NCBI GenBank assembly: GCA_973851085.1
Contig: OZ316775.1
Coordinates: 9,858,001 to 9,922,000 of the forward strand
DNA: 64,000 nt
Reading direction: 5' to 3'
Source: Ptychomitrium polyphyllum
Taxonomy: Eukaryota
The position numbers and the translations under genes were made by a program. The first letter of the stretch is position 1, and every line of letters begins with the position of its first letter. This document shows, piece by piece, positions 45,686 to 59,092 of the stretch. Under the pieces are notes generated by a model. It had not been told where the DNA came from and searched no databases. It saw only the letters and a program-made list of their open reading frames with translations.

Positions 45686-48381
45686 CTAGCATATTTTCAT
45701 CAGTGTTTCTGAGGCAGGTTCTGATCTCACACTGGTCCAAGCCATGAGAGGCTCCCAGTGTGCCCGACTGTCCACAACTGCACTGACTCTTTTAGCAGCC
45801 CACCACACGAATGGAGTCGCCGTCGCTGCGTAAATTCCAATGCCCACTCCTCGCATGATGCCGTTGGTGTAAAAAGGGGAACCTAAAACCAACAGAGCTC
45901 CAATACCACCTATCCAGGGAGTCAACATTGGCAGAACAGGAATCTGGAACAGATTGATCACGACAGTCAGGAAGGAGAGAGATCCCAAAAGGAAGACCCC
46001 CCAGCCCATGAAAGGATGCACTGTTGTTGGTATCAAGTACGCGGGTAGAAGAAAGCTTCCAGCTACTAAGGCAAGAACCGTAAGTTTTACGGCCAGAGGG
46101 TGACAGAGTCTTTTCTCAGCACAAGGTCCCCGGCCGAAGCATGACTTCATCATAGAACCCTTCTCAGAAAATGCACAACGCTGCGGAATAATAAGTGCCA
46201 AGAGCATGGTCACAACATAGAATAAGCTTTCAGCGATGAGGACGGGTGTTTCAGTATCATATCTGCGTACACATATCATAAGATGTAAGTAAACTTCATC
46301 AAGAGTCTCCAAATAAATTGCTGGTTGATTGGCTAGCTACAGTAGATTCTGACAAGGAATATTTTGCAGAAGTTTAAGCAGTTTTGCACGAGAAAAGAAT
46401 GAACAGCAAACTTTCTTTGCAGAACATCGTACTCACCCTATAGTTGCCACTCGCCTTTTATGCCATTCCAGTCCCAAAGGCAGCGTTGGCCATGACCACC
46501 AATACCACGGCTTCAACATGGGAACACTGGGAAATGTGATAACGCTGTTCGGGCCACAAGGAATGCGCCATTTCAGCTTCAAATCTGCAAGTAAAAGGTC
46601 ATCTCGTGAGTCTACCAAAAGCAAGTTACTTGGATCCAAGGGTTGTTACCCTTAATTTTTTTAAATAGGCGGCGGGGGTTTCTCAAATCATTGGATGTAC
46701 GTGCCACAAACCCTAATTTTTAATCCACTATTAATAGGACTGTTTCAATGTCTTAGTTGTAGCTAAATAGTATAACTTCACTTTGTAGAGGAATTCAGTT
46801 CTGGAAACTCCATCCCAAATTATCAGTTCCGTATGCTCTTTCTGACCCGCCTACCATCATCAAAAACAACAGGTACGATGCACTCGCAAAAACACCCGAA
46901 GCAAACAATTTGAAATTTCTGTAATTTCTTGATTCGTACGCTTACAAAAGAATGAAGCGTCCATTTGATATCCAAGTGGGAGTCGAAAAAGCCCATTCAA
47001 TTTTGAACCGTCTGCAGGAGGGTAAAACATTGGTCTATCAAGAAGATCATTGAAGTGATTAACCAAGAAGCCTTGGTCTGCCCCATCCTTGTTTTCCTTT
47101 CCAGTACTAATATCACGCATCATAATACTGAAAGTCTCGTTTGATGGCTGCAGATTGCAACAAAGTAAACGTTAGAATGCACATACTAAAGGGTTTACAA
47201 ACGACTGGGTTTGAAGGACAGGAGCCTGCATGAATTGGTCTGTCAAACACTACAACAAGCAGCAGATATTGATAAAGAAAGCAGCAGAGTAACTTGCCTG
47301 TAGAACAAAGAGACCCGTGTGAAAAATGCAAGGATTAATGAAAGCAGCACAAAATTGGCCGCATTGAAAGAGTTCGTCAGGTGCCCGGAGAAATAAATTG
47401 TCGACATCAAGCATGACAACGCGCTCATATTGTGTTAAACTCCAAGCGTAGATTTTGTTCAAAGTGAACAAGAACCGCATGTCAAAATCATGCTGGTTTC
47501 TATAAGGATTCTGAATATCGTCTACAACCACCACCTTCGCACCTTCGGCAATTCTGCATAGAACGAGTGAAAAGGATCAGACCACAAGCCAGCCACATTT
47601 TGCACGATACTGTAACCAATACAACGAAACGATTAGGCAAGAGACCTCGTGCGAATTGACACAAGTCTTTCTCGCTGACCACAACAATTACGGTTCGACA
47701 AATTTTTCAGTTAAAAATACAAATCCACTTACTCCAAAACCTCAGTCTGCTGATACCTCGACTACCAATTTATCGTAAGGACTTCCCACATACTCCAAAA
47801 TCACAGATTCTCTCCAAAACGAAATATAACTACTTAGCTCCAATATCCAGACACCGGAAAGATACTCAAAGTTGTATATCCGAGTAATATTCGAACAAGC
47901 ATTTGGAATAACTACATTAGAAATTCAGATGAACCAATCTCGACCATGGGAGCAACCCTCGTGCATGAAGTTCGCTTTAAAAAAAGGCATATTTTAGCAT
48001 ATCAGAAAAGGAAGCTCAAGTCCAACAGAGGTTTCCAATAATAGCGTAAGCAAAGAAAAGCGCAAAGATGGTTGAGTGCGGGCATTGTGTAGCTTACAAA
48101 CTCTTTTGCCAATGCTGAGGCACGTTCGCGGAAGCAATGACCACAAGGTCCGCGTCAACTTGTAACTGCACGAGCGTCCCCAACATAACTCGAGCAGCGA
48201 CGTAAAACTCGTAATCGCGAGGTGTGCCCATGTACAACATCGTTGCATAAGCATTGGTCTTTGGCGTCCCTTTCAAAGGCGCATAAGCTGCCTCGGACGA
48301 AACTGCGCCTGACATGACGATGAACAGCGCAAGAAGTGCGAAAGATAAAACATGTGTTGATCGAACAATAGCGTTCGCCAT
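45686..48381 (-). CDS. GT8 glycosyltransferase, PGSIP7/PGSIP8-like putative glucuronosyltransferase with C-terminal TM helices
   Basis: Exons 48381-48098, 47553-47298 (GC donor CAG|GCAAGT), 47147-46946, 46584-46437, 46262-45686. Motifs NAYATMLYMGTPRDYEFYVA, LNKIYAWSL, VVMLDVDNLF (DxD), DGADQGFL, LKPWYWWSWP. Signal anchor and hydrophobic C-terminus. Confidence 0.9.
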
Positions 48382-51300
48382 GGCTACTCGATTTACACTA
48401 GCCGACCTAGGCCTCAAGTGCCAGATCTCGTGAACAAGGTCCTAAACTTTCGCCCTGTCTTCTAGTTACACCTCAATCTTCTAAATGCGTTGCCCTGCGC
48501 ACGTCATCTGACAGTAAGATGCTAAAAAACAGAGCCCAGATATGATCCCAGGATTAATATGGCGGGAATTTCTGCCAAAAGTGCATTTTCCGTGGAAATG
48601 AACGCCGATCACACCAAGTGGTCACCCAGTCTCTCTGAGGGCTTAGAGCACTTAACGAGAAGTTCACCCTCGTGATTCTCTCTCAAAATCCGACCATCGT
48701 CTGACTTCTTGATGAAACTACACCAGACATCGAAAGCAGGGAAGGTTAACTTCAAGTTCTTGGAATTTCAGGATAGCGGTGGGAAGTGCAGAGCGCACCG
48801 AGTCTGCACGTGAAATCACCACATCATATTCCCCTGAAAACGACCACTAGCTCCGACAAAAGGAACACGAACCGTCTCGCTCTACCCACACCGTGCTAAC
48901 AATCCTCCAACCCCTGCAGCCCAAGAAAACAAAAATGCTGCCCACAATGCACGCACCAACAAGAAACCCAACCGACTAGGCTACCTCACTCAAGCAAAGG
49001 CCTCTTTTACAGCCAAATGAAAACCAGAAACGAAAGCCAAACACTGAAAAAACACCAAAGAACATCGAAGGCCACAGAATGCAGCACCACAGCAACAATC
49101 ATCCAACCCAACTACACAACCCACGCGACGAACAGGCGCATTGCTGACCCACTCACCCCTCAACAACCAGGTCCTTAAAAATCACTCTGACATCAACCAA
49201 GAAACTCATGTCACCCCCACGAAACTACGCCAGTGCACCCAACTGCAGTGCGCGGAATCACACCAAAATCTCGCAATCACCCCCGACCAAAACTACGAGG
49301 ACGAGACAAACCACCACAAGACCACTAAATCCACCCCAACTGCAGACCTCTGGGGCGCGCGCCGAAGCTGCTTTCAGCTGGTGATACTCCCGGATACGAA
49401 CCACCACGCACTGAGGCAGGGTACAACCAACCGAAGGTGCCAACTTTGGCCAGCCCCAGTCGCAGCCTGCAGTCAGCCCAGCACCTCCCTTGGTCCCAGC
49501 CGCTCGGGGTAGTGTGGGTAAAAAGATATATCACGAGGTCCCGCAGCCTGAGCCTGAGCCCGAGTCCATATCACGCCCAGTGATGTTCTCAACCCATGCT
49601 GCGAAGGTACGACGAAGGGCGTGATGATGGGGGCTGGACCCACGGGACGCCTCGCAGGAAGCGTGACCGCCATGACGAGGGTCCTGGTCTCGGGTGCAAA
49701 TGCGGGTTGCCTTGTGAGGGCTGACTGACTGCAGCTGCTGTTGCTGCAACTGGCTGCGGCTTCCCCAGTAGCTGTGTGGGCCTAATTTAGATGCTGTGTG
49801 CGTCTAAATTTAGATCCCACGCTACCATCCATGCTCATGAGGCCGCAGAATTGTTACCCAGGAGTTCGACGAATTCATATCTCATCGCAGGTGTCGGAGA
49901 TTCGTAATGGTGCCGGAGTATTCCCCGGCGGCCCGCTGGTGTGACTTATACGTATTTCACTACGAGGTTCCTTTTTCGAGCAAAGAGTGGTTCGTATTTC
50001 TGTGTATTTCGGAGTATTTTAGTGTGTTTCGGCGTAATTCGCTCCTTTGCACGTGGCCTTCTCGAGCCTGCTATGGCAAGTGCTTGTGTGGATTTTGAGG
50101 AAGGCACAGCCAAATAGCAAGCAATACCTTAAGCCGGTATTATTTATTACAGATCTACATTTCAAGAGGAAGAGATTTGATCCTTGATGGGATCGGCGTT
50201 GATCTATATTTTGAGTCATGAATCTAAATTAATATGTTGAAAGTAATGTTTTTATGGTAGAATCTGGTGAAGAAATTTTGTAATGATTTTGTTTTCTTTT
50301 TTTCTAGATTTTCTTTTTCTTTTTCTTTTCTTTTTTACGCAAGCCATTACTTTGTTTTTCATTTTGTTTTTGACACGAGAGAATCCAAACTTTACTAGGA
50401 ATTCAGGCAAACCCCAGCTTGCCTGGGTTACACAATGCAGCCCAGAACTCTGAAAACTACACCAAAGCACCAGCTCAGGGGCAAGTGACCATATAGTTCA
50501 CTGCAAAGAAAGAGGTTTTTGATTTTGTGGAAGAGGAAGTGGAAAAAATGTATTTCATATTTTGTATGTAACTTCTTCTCTGAAACATCTCTCCTAAAGT
50601 AGAACAACCTAGTAGTGACCATCTTATTATTGTAGCTACTTTCAGCAAAGCCATTACTTTAAAATAATTTAATTTTAAATATTGGTAAGTGAAAATGTTG
50701 TATATGGCTAGCAAAATCATATTATTGTGATAAGTATTGAAAATTTTATGGACTTTTAACTTGTAAATTCATAGATTTCCTATCTTTATTACAGGTTACT
50801 ATAAAATGAAACATGATAAGTCCAGATAAGAATATTAAAATACTGACTGTTACATGACTACTTTCCAAGAAAAAAATGTTTTTTTTAATATTGAACCAAC
50901 AAATTCAAAACAGTTAATGTTTCATGCAATAGTGTGTTGGAATTCATTAATTTTAATTCAATTTGTTTTGAATTCCATAATGTTTCATTTGTGATTCATT
51001 TACATGAGGGTAAAATTGGGCCAAAAACAAAGTTAGGTGGTTCTATCCTATCATAATATTATTTAATAATATTTTAAATATCTTTCATACAAAAGAATCA
51101 TTCTATCATTCCAAAATACAATTCTATTGTAAACCATTCATCAATTAAAGATTGAAGGGATTTATGTAATAAGTTATTCAATTATATTCATGCCATCATG
51201 CATCCTTTGCAACATATCTTTACTATTGTTTAATGTTGGTTTTTCACATTCCATTGTAAAGATGAGTTGCTTCAATTGCTGATGAATGTTATAACAGTTT

Positions 51301-52543
51301 ATCTTCTTCAACTATTATCTTTATAAGTGTTATTTCTCCATAAGCAATAGTTTTTATTGTACTTTAAGAAAAATACACTACAAATTATCATGAGGTAAGT
51401 ATTACAAAAAAACTATTTCTTCCTTTGTTAATTCCTATAGGTCCAAGATATTTTTAATTTTAAAATAGCAACATATTTGATATATCATAATTATAAATAG
51501 AAATAAAATATGGAAATTTCAATTGTACAAAACCTATAATAAACTTGTAGTAGATGATGTATATAAAATTTGGAATCAACTGCTTCATAGATTGGAAGAC
51601 GATAATGTTTTGATATAAAAAAATGAATTAAAATATTGACTAATTGCACTTTGAAGCTAAAACTTTGTTACCAAATCTTCTTTGATAAAATAAGTTTTAA
51701 TAAAGAACTTATTTAAGATCATTTTAAAAATGCATTGGTACAAAGAATTCATTGAAAAGCTTTTATGTGTCCCAAAATGGTCTTGCAACTACAAAAGTAT
51801 GGTCTACGTTTTATAAATCAAAAGGTATTCAAAATCAAATTTCTTAGTTTAAAATTGCTTATTAAATCTTTGCAATACTTTGAAAATACGATCCAACTTC
51901 AGTATAACATTCATGCTTTATATTATTTTTCAACAAATACCTTTCAATTATATCAATTATATCTTTCAAATATCTTTTATTATATCTATTTAATGCTTTA
52001 TAATAGACTTCAACAAGCTACATTTAACAACCACTGTATGTCAATCTTTGAAAAATCCAAGGTGAAATGTGTATCTTTGCATTTCTTACATAAGAGTACA
52101 ATGTATTCTTATCTCCACATGTATAGAAGTAATTATTTCAAGTTATGTAAATTAGAATTAACATTAATCAATTGCATGATATGTCATATCATATCCTAAT
52201 CATGCGCCCATGTTCATTATTAGAATAAAGAAAAAAATACAACATGGTATATTTGAGTTCCAAACAAGGAAAGGCAAATTGCATGAACTGAGGGTTCTAA
52301 ATTTAAAAAAAATTCACATGAGGTAAGAAAATAGGAAAGTTTTTTTTTAAAATGTAAGAAAAACAAAGATCTTCAATTATTTGTGCCATGGCACAGCCAC
52401 CACCATAATGCTCAACTGTACAAGGCATATTGCTTCAAATGAAGTTACTTCAATTTTTTCAACACTGTGGCACAATTGATGTGAAATGATGTCACTGTAT
52501 TGTGGAAAGATTCAATGACTTACTGTTATGAAGTTGTCTAAGC

Positions 52544-52957
52544 CCTCTAAGGACCAACTTACGTCTTCTCCTGCAGGAGAAGTGAGAAGCAGAGACTTTC
52601 TATACTTCATCTATACATCAGTGTTTTGTGCAAAGGTACGTCCGCACAAGGAGATGAAAAGCATGAAAACAATTGTGATGGGGAAGTCCTCTCTCATAGA
52701 CAAGCTCTCTTGGGTCGTCATTCCAAGAGCACTCCTAAAAAAGGTCAACATGCAATTTGCAATAATTATTGTTGTGTAGGTGGGCAACTCATTTTCTCAT
52801 CCATTTTCAAATTACTTCTTCTATGGACGGTAGGACAAAAGGGTAAAATCTTAGAAGAGAATTTAAGAATTTTGACCAATCTTAGTGTTAAAATTCTCTA
52901 AACAAGACAAAAATCTCTCCTTCCATAGGTGACGGGAGAAAGTGTAAGATGGCCTAA
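52544..52957 (+). repeat. Dispersed direct repeat, copy A
   Basis: Colinear and clearly similar to 55147-55571 (CCTCTAAGGACCAACTTACG...GTGGGCAACTCATTTTCTCATCCATTTTCAAATT...GTGTAAG). Confidence 0.9.
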
Positions 52958-53949
52958 GATTTCGATAGTATATGCAATCAAATTCACAATTGAAAAAAAC
53001 AGATCATTTACTATATACTTCCGTGCTTCATTGTTTCTTTGATATACAAGCAATATAGTTTATATCAATTTAGAGGAGCAATTGGATCCCTAATACAAAG
53101 TAAGGGGTTGAAATTTTGAGGCTCTCTCACAACACCCACATTGCGGAGTCCAAAACTCTCTTTTCTCCTTTTTGTGATACAGACAAAACTTTTCCAAACG
53201 TTCCTCATCGGGTTCTTATTAACGGATAACTCCAATATCAGAAGCAGAATTTTAGCTGATGGGGTGCTGCCTCGCAAGGTTCCTCCTTCATTGCATTCAT
53301 TGGTTCAAAATCCTGGAGCCCAATTTGGATGCTAGTGAGGATATCTTCCACATGAGTGGGATTCAATTTGGTATGTCCCTGAATCCAGGCATGAAGCGGG
53401 ACAATGATTCCAAAGCGTGATATATTTGCAGACTGATATTTGGCCCAGTGTACGTGAGACTTTCAAAGCAGTGCTGCACACGGAACTTGACCTCAGTCTA
53501 AATATCACAGGTAGGAGTTACACCTGGAAAGGTTCAGCACGGTCAGGTCCTCAAATACGGGTATATCCCCTCCGACATCTGCCTGGTCAGGGTCTTTCAG
53601 GGGAGGGAAATTTGAACGTCGTAAAAGTGACTTTAATATCTCACCTTCTCTCCGGTCCACATACCAGTTACTTAACGCGTAGCTTACGTTATAAACTAGA
53701 AATTGGCTTCGAGATGATGTTCTAATTTCTCAAAAAACAATGAAAAGAATAATAATTCGTTGGCTTAGAAAATTGTTAAACGTTGGAACAAAATTATAAT
53801 GGTGATGTATTAATTTTTAGAACAACACATATTCTATGAATTATGTTTCATGGGTACATTAAAGAGTAGCTATAATAGATGAAGTCTCCTAATGTACTGT
53901 TGAAAGTTGATGTCGTGGAACTTACTCTCCTATTGCACTTCATTCATAT

Positions 53950-54800
53950 TCATTGTCAGAATAGATCATGAGCTTCAATTCGAATTTAATACCAAGCTAA
54001 TATTTGTGATGTCATAATTGCCATTCCCTTGACTTCCTCCTTCTCATAAGACAGTGTCTTCTTTCTGTGAACTGATGAGAGGCAGTCTATGTCCTAGAAT
54101 TTCTTCTTGTGGTAAATTTGTCAAGGACTTACACAAATGATATAGGACCTTTCAATCATTGCTAACACAATTTTTTGAGAGAAAATCACCGTGACAGCTG
54201 AATTCTTTCCTGAGAAACACTTTGTAGAGCAGTGAACCACAAAGCGAAACTACATAGAGGATAGCCAAGAAGGCAAAGAAATACTTGAAGGCACTCAAGA
54301 CACTCCCAAGGCAATTGGAAACAAAGCTACCAAACAGAAGGAAGCCAACAAAGAAACACCAATAAGATTATCTACCAACACAAATCACACATACATAAAT
54401 GGATCTGTTGGACCATTCGGTGATAATGATACTAGAAGCGGCTCACGATGCAGACTTGCAGAGACCAGCATTATCCCAACGGCTTCTGCGTTGTGCTTTA
54501 GTGCAAATCCAGGTACAACCATTTGAATGTAACCAAGCTGTAATCTACAAAATCCATACCCTAAACACAAAGACAAAAAGGATCACTGCACTGTGCTAAG
54601 CTATACTCAATAAGCCCTTTTGAAATGAGCTCTTGAGGCATGGTCTGTCAATCTCCCTGCACCAAACTTGCATTAGCTCTTTGGGAATTGATCCAAAAAG
54701 GGCGACCTGGTGAAGCTCCTGTCTGCTGCACCTGGGGGTCTTTTCCAGGTAAGCCAGATGGTCATAACATGGCACAAAGGTTTTCACCGGTCTAGTAAAA
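53950..54800 (-). pseudogene. Possible relic exons of an unidentified membrane-protein gene
   Basis: Minus-strand AG...GT-bounded blocks at about 54790-54605, 54545-54395 and 54370-54190. The last reads YWCFFVGFLLFGSFVSNCLGSVLSAFKYFFAFLAILYVVSLCGSLLY. No intact ORF could be assembled. Confidence 0.3.
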
Positions 54801-55146
54801 AGGCATTTCAATTAAAGAGAATAAAAAGCAAAAGAGAAAGCCCACGACACATTAGAAGCAATCTGGTGTTAAGCCCTTCGTTTACAAGTCCTGTGACCTC
54901 TGGATCTGGACCATTTGCACATCCCCACCTCAGTGGAGTCTAGCAAAATGCTGCCAGAAACAATTAGGTTCCTGATCTTCTGATATGTAACAGACAACTT
55001 TAAGCAATGACCAATAATCAAGGGCAACCAGATAATGGAACTTCTGATCTGGCTAGACCCTGCTCACATGATCATCATTTGCAAATCTGGGTGAAATCTG
55101 TGTATTCAGGCAGCTGTTTCTTCCTTGCCTTCCATGAAAACACTTG

Positions 55147-55571
55147 CCTCTAAGGACCAACTTACGCCTTCTCCTGCAGGAGACGTGAGAAGCAGAAACT
55201 TTCTATCTAAGTCATCAGTGTTTTGTGCAAAGGTACGTCCGCACGAGGAGATGCAAAAGCATGAAAACAATTGTGATGGGGAAGTCTTCTCTCATAGACA
55301 AGCTCTCCTTCGGTCGTCATTCCAAGAATACTCCTAAAAAAGTTCAACATGAAAAAAAATTCTTGGGATCTGCAATAATTATTGCTGTGTAGGTGGGCAA
55401 CTCATTTTCTCATCCATTTTCAAATTGCTTTTTCTACGAACAAGATGACAAAAGAATAAAACCTTAAAGGAGAACTTGAAATTTTTGACCAATCTTAATG
55501 TTGAAATTCTCTAAACATGACAAAAATCTTTCATTTTGTAGGCAACATGAGAAGGTGTAAGGTAGCCTTAA
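55147..55571 (+). repeat. Dispersed direct repeat, copy B
   Basis: See copy A. Differs by substitutions and small indels. Confidence 0.9.
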
Positions 55572-58500
55572 AGGCATACTTTTACATTGTGATCTTTTGA
55601 ACTATTATTTAAGTAGTGCCTATTGTATATTCACAAAGAAGTTTGTGGAAAATTTATATTTGGTTCTTTTAAAGAATATTAAATCCGCTTAAATGAAATA
55701 AAGAATCAATGAATTTTTTTATTAAATGAATAACATGAGAAGTTTATTAAAAAGAAAGGGATCCATGATCTTTGGATGTTAGAATTTAAGAGGATGCAAA
55801 AAAATTTAGAAACTAAAATGAACACAATAGAAATTTATATATTTTTAAAGGAATACTATTCATTTAAGTCAAGTCCTTTAAATAATATGAATACTCAATA
55901 TTGTCATAAGGTATTGAAAGCTTGTTCTATTACATAGAAGTAGGATGTGTCTAATGCAAATAATAGGTAAGATGCAACATGGGAACTAACTTCAATGTAG
56001 AAGTACAAAATATGGTGGACTATTTAAAATTGCAATTTATTTTTTACCTCGTAATATTTGTGAAATAACTCAAATCCAGTTCTTTCCAAATTTTTTACTT
56101 TTGTTTGTAATATTAGCTCCAACAATCATGAAATCACTTAGGTTAAATTTCATTTTCAAATGCAAACACATAAAAAAATAAAATTACAAACTTATTATAT
56201 TTTTAGATATAATTTTGTTTGTGCTAATCACAATAGATTCATTTACCTTAAATTTAAGAAAAATTCCTTACTTAGCATGTTATACTCAAGTAATTCAAAA
56301 ACTTGATCCATAATTTCCAAAGATACTTACATTAAAGGAAATATCTACAACTTTTGATATAATAGACAAAGTGTGAAAGGAGATGAAGAATTAATGAATG
56401 TTTAGGATTTGTTGCACAAATAGATACATATGCTTAATTGACTTAAATTATTTGCAATGCACATATGCCATGCTTTGGAACCAAATTCCATAGTCAACAA
56501 TGGAGAAGATTATACATATACCATAGTTATTAAAATCAATTTTGAATTATTGAATTATTGCAAATATTTGTACAATTGAATCAAAATGTTTTACTGTGAT
56601 TTTTTTTAATTCATTTAAAAACAACAAGATCCATTTATATAAGAAGCACATTAAATTAATTAATTAAACAAAGAATCAAATGAAGCAAAGAAATAATATA
56701 ATAATATAATAACAAGTAATACTCATATGTATATATACAAATAAATAAAAATAAATATAGGTTATAAGAAATTCCACTTAATTTATTACTTACAATGATT
56801 AAATGTATAGTAATGATTATAAAACTAATAAACTTACCGTCAATCAAAACATTCTAGAAAAAATACATAAGAAATCCGTTTTTTAGATTCAAATACAAAA
56901 GTACAATTTAAATGATTGATAGTTTTAAACTTTTGGATATAAAAATCAAAGAATAAAGATACAAAAATTTGTTCAAAATGATTAGTGGAATTGATGGATT
57001 AGAGCAAATCAATTTTTTTAGCTCTTTTTTATTTTTCCTTATTTTTTCTTATAAAATACTTTGAAATACTATAGGTTTTATTTCATATATTGAAAAAAAA
57101 TGAGACTTTTTCAATGCTTCATATTTTTTTTTTAAAATTAAGAATATGAGTGTGTCTCACTTTACAAATGTATCTCATTTTTTTAATTATATTTTTAAAC
57201 TTTAGTATCAAGGCACTTGAACCTCTTTAAATCCCTACTTTATTTAATGTAAATTTATGTTTGGTACTAATCATAGCCCACTCTGAAAGGGTACGGTAAG
57301 AACGTTTTGTATAGACCAAAATAATATTGGAGTTATTCAAAAAGTCTTTCATTTATCCATTGATTCTACCTTTTTAAAATAAATTCTTTTTACCTATACT
57401 ATCGTGCTATAGTGTCTCATTATAGTTGTATAATGTATTGTTTTCACAATAGAATAATACCAGTATCTTATTTTATATTGTCGCAAAACTGGACATAGAC
57501 TAAATTTTACAATGAGTTTGACAACGCCTTTCCTTTCTGGTGAACCCTGCTATGGGTCGAAATGAGGGAGACACTCTTGAAGTGCCAGAATGATTCCCTT
57601 CACCCCAGGCACCCTTCCAAGTTCCGACTACCAGCATATCCTTCACTCCATCTCCACCATCAGTATCTACTTTCTACAGTATCTGGTTTGGATATTCCTT
57701 GTGCTAAAGAATTGTCCTTGAGAGTCTAGGGGCAGCTGTAGCAGTCGCTAAGCATCAGGAAACAAAATTCCTCATGCCAAGAAAAGAAAAAGTTTTGACC
57801 TGAAACTAAACAGACTGAATACCAACAACGTGTTAATAGCATTTTTGAATTGTTGACACCGAACAATGAGATCAAATCAGGGATCCACCCGACCCTTTTC
57901 AGAACCAGAATGCTGTCATACGCTGTACTTGTACCAATTAGAGTGATTGGAAGACAAGTTCACAGGCCTGCCTGGGTGGGTTTGATATCCGTATACAAAA
58001 TTGATATACAAATAGTCCACTTTACAATATGAGCCATTGAGGACTGGGGAGGGTGTATGAATAAGAGTGTGGCGTTTCAAAGTTCAGCTAGATATCTAAC
58101 GACACCTTGGTGCAATATCTGATTCGACGTGTCTTACAAAAGTTTTGTGGGGTGACTTGCACTCCATGCGGGAGGGATGCCAGGATCAAGTTACTGAACT
58201 TCGAGGCAGTTGGAGATAGGCATGCCCATACACAGATTGGGGTAGAATGTGTACTTCCACCAGCAAAACATGCGTAATCCCAAAGTATGTTGGGCAGTAT
58301 AAACGCCCTCCCTTTCTGCAAGTCCAGGTTTTAAGGTGCAAGATCAAAGATTCTGGCAGGAGGACCACTCTTTCCTTGAAATTGCATCCATAAATGGTAA
58401 AAATGGTAATGTTGGGGAACTTCATTTTAATTTGACTAACTTCTCATTTCAAGCTTTGTCTACTATCTTTGCAATATAATATAGGACTACAAATTGCTAA

Positions 58501-58925
58501 TGTTGGTTTCGTTGAGTGTCATGGATTGATTTGGTCAAGTTTTTTTCAAACTTGACTAAACTTGTCATGTGGTGGACTTGAAGGTTTTCTTAGCCAGTGC
58601 CACATTGTTGTTGTGTTTGCATTAAGAAACTCCATACAAGTACTAGGTAGGAAAGGAAGTTGTGAATTAAGTGGTTTAGACTTGTGTCGTCATGCTTTCT
58701 ATGCTTAGTATGATTTTGTAATGTGGAAAATGCAAAGTGTGGATAGAATGTGTATAAGAGGATAAGATTTATTTATCTTATATTTTTTTTTAATATTTTT
58801 AGGCTTAAGGCTCTAGATCTAAAAAAATCTTAAGCTTTCATTTTGAAAAAAAAACTCAACTATGAAGATTTTATTGTCCAATTGCCAGAATAGTAGAAGA
58901 TTTATCTTTTATTAAGGAAGTATAT

Positions 58926-59092
58926 CTCAACTTTCACTTTCAACCGGATTCACCTCCTACATGTCATTTAAGCCTAGTCATTTCAAACAAACACTAGCCC
59001 CCCTTCCCTCGCATTACCACGGCTGCTGGCATGTAGTTAGCTGGGGCTTCTTATTTGAATCTTGTCACAATTGCAAACTCAATGAAAGAGCT
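58926..59092 (-). pseudogene. rrn18: Degenerate mitochondrial SSU (rrn18) rRNA fragment, a NUMT
   Basis: ATTACCACGGCTGCTGGCA resembles the universal SSU segment ATTACCGCGGCTGCTGGCAC. Flanks ACTTTCACTTTCAACCGGATTCACC and GTTAGCTGGGGCTTCTT...GAAAGAGCT match the plant mitochondrial 18S antisense strand as I recall it. Confidence 0.8.

Noticed and set aside
51765..52199. 144-aa ORF in AT-rich DNA
   Set aside because: Composition (Y/L/I/K/F-rich) is typical of chance ORFs in AT-rich spacer.
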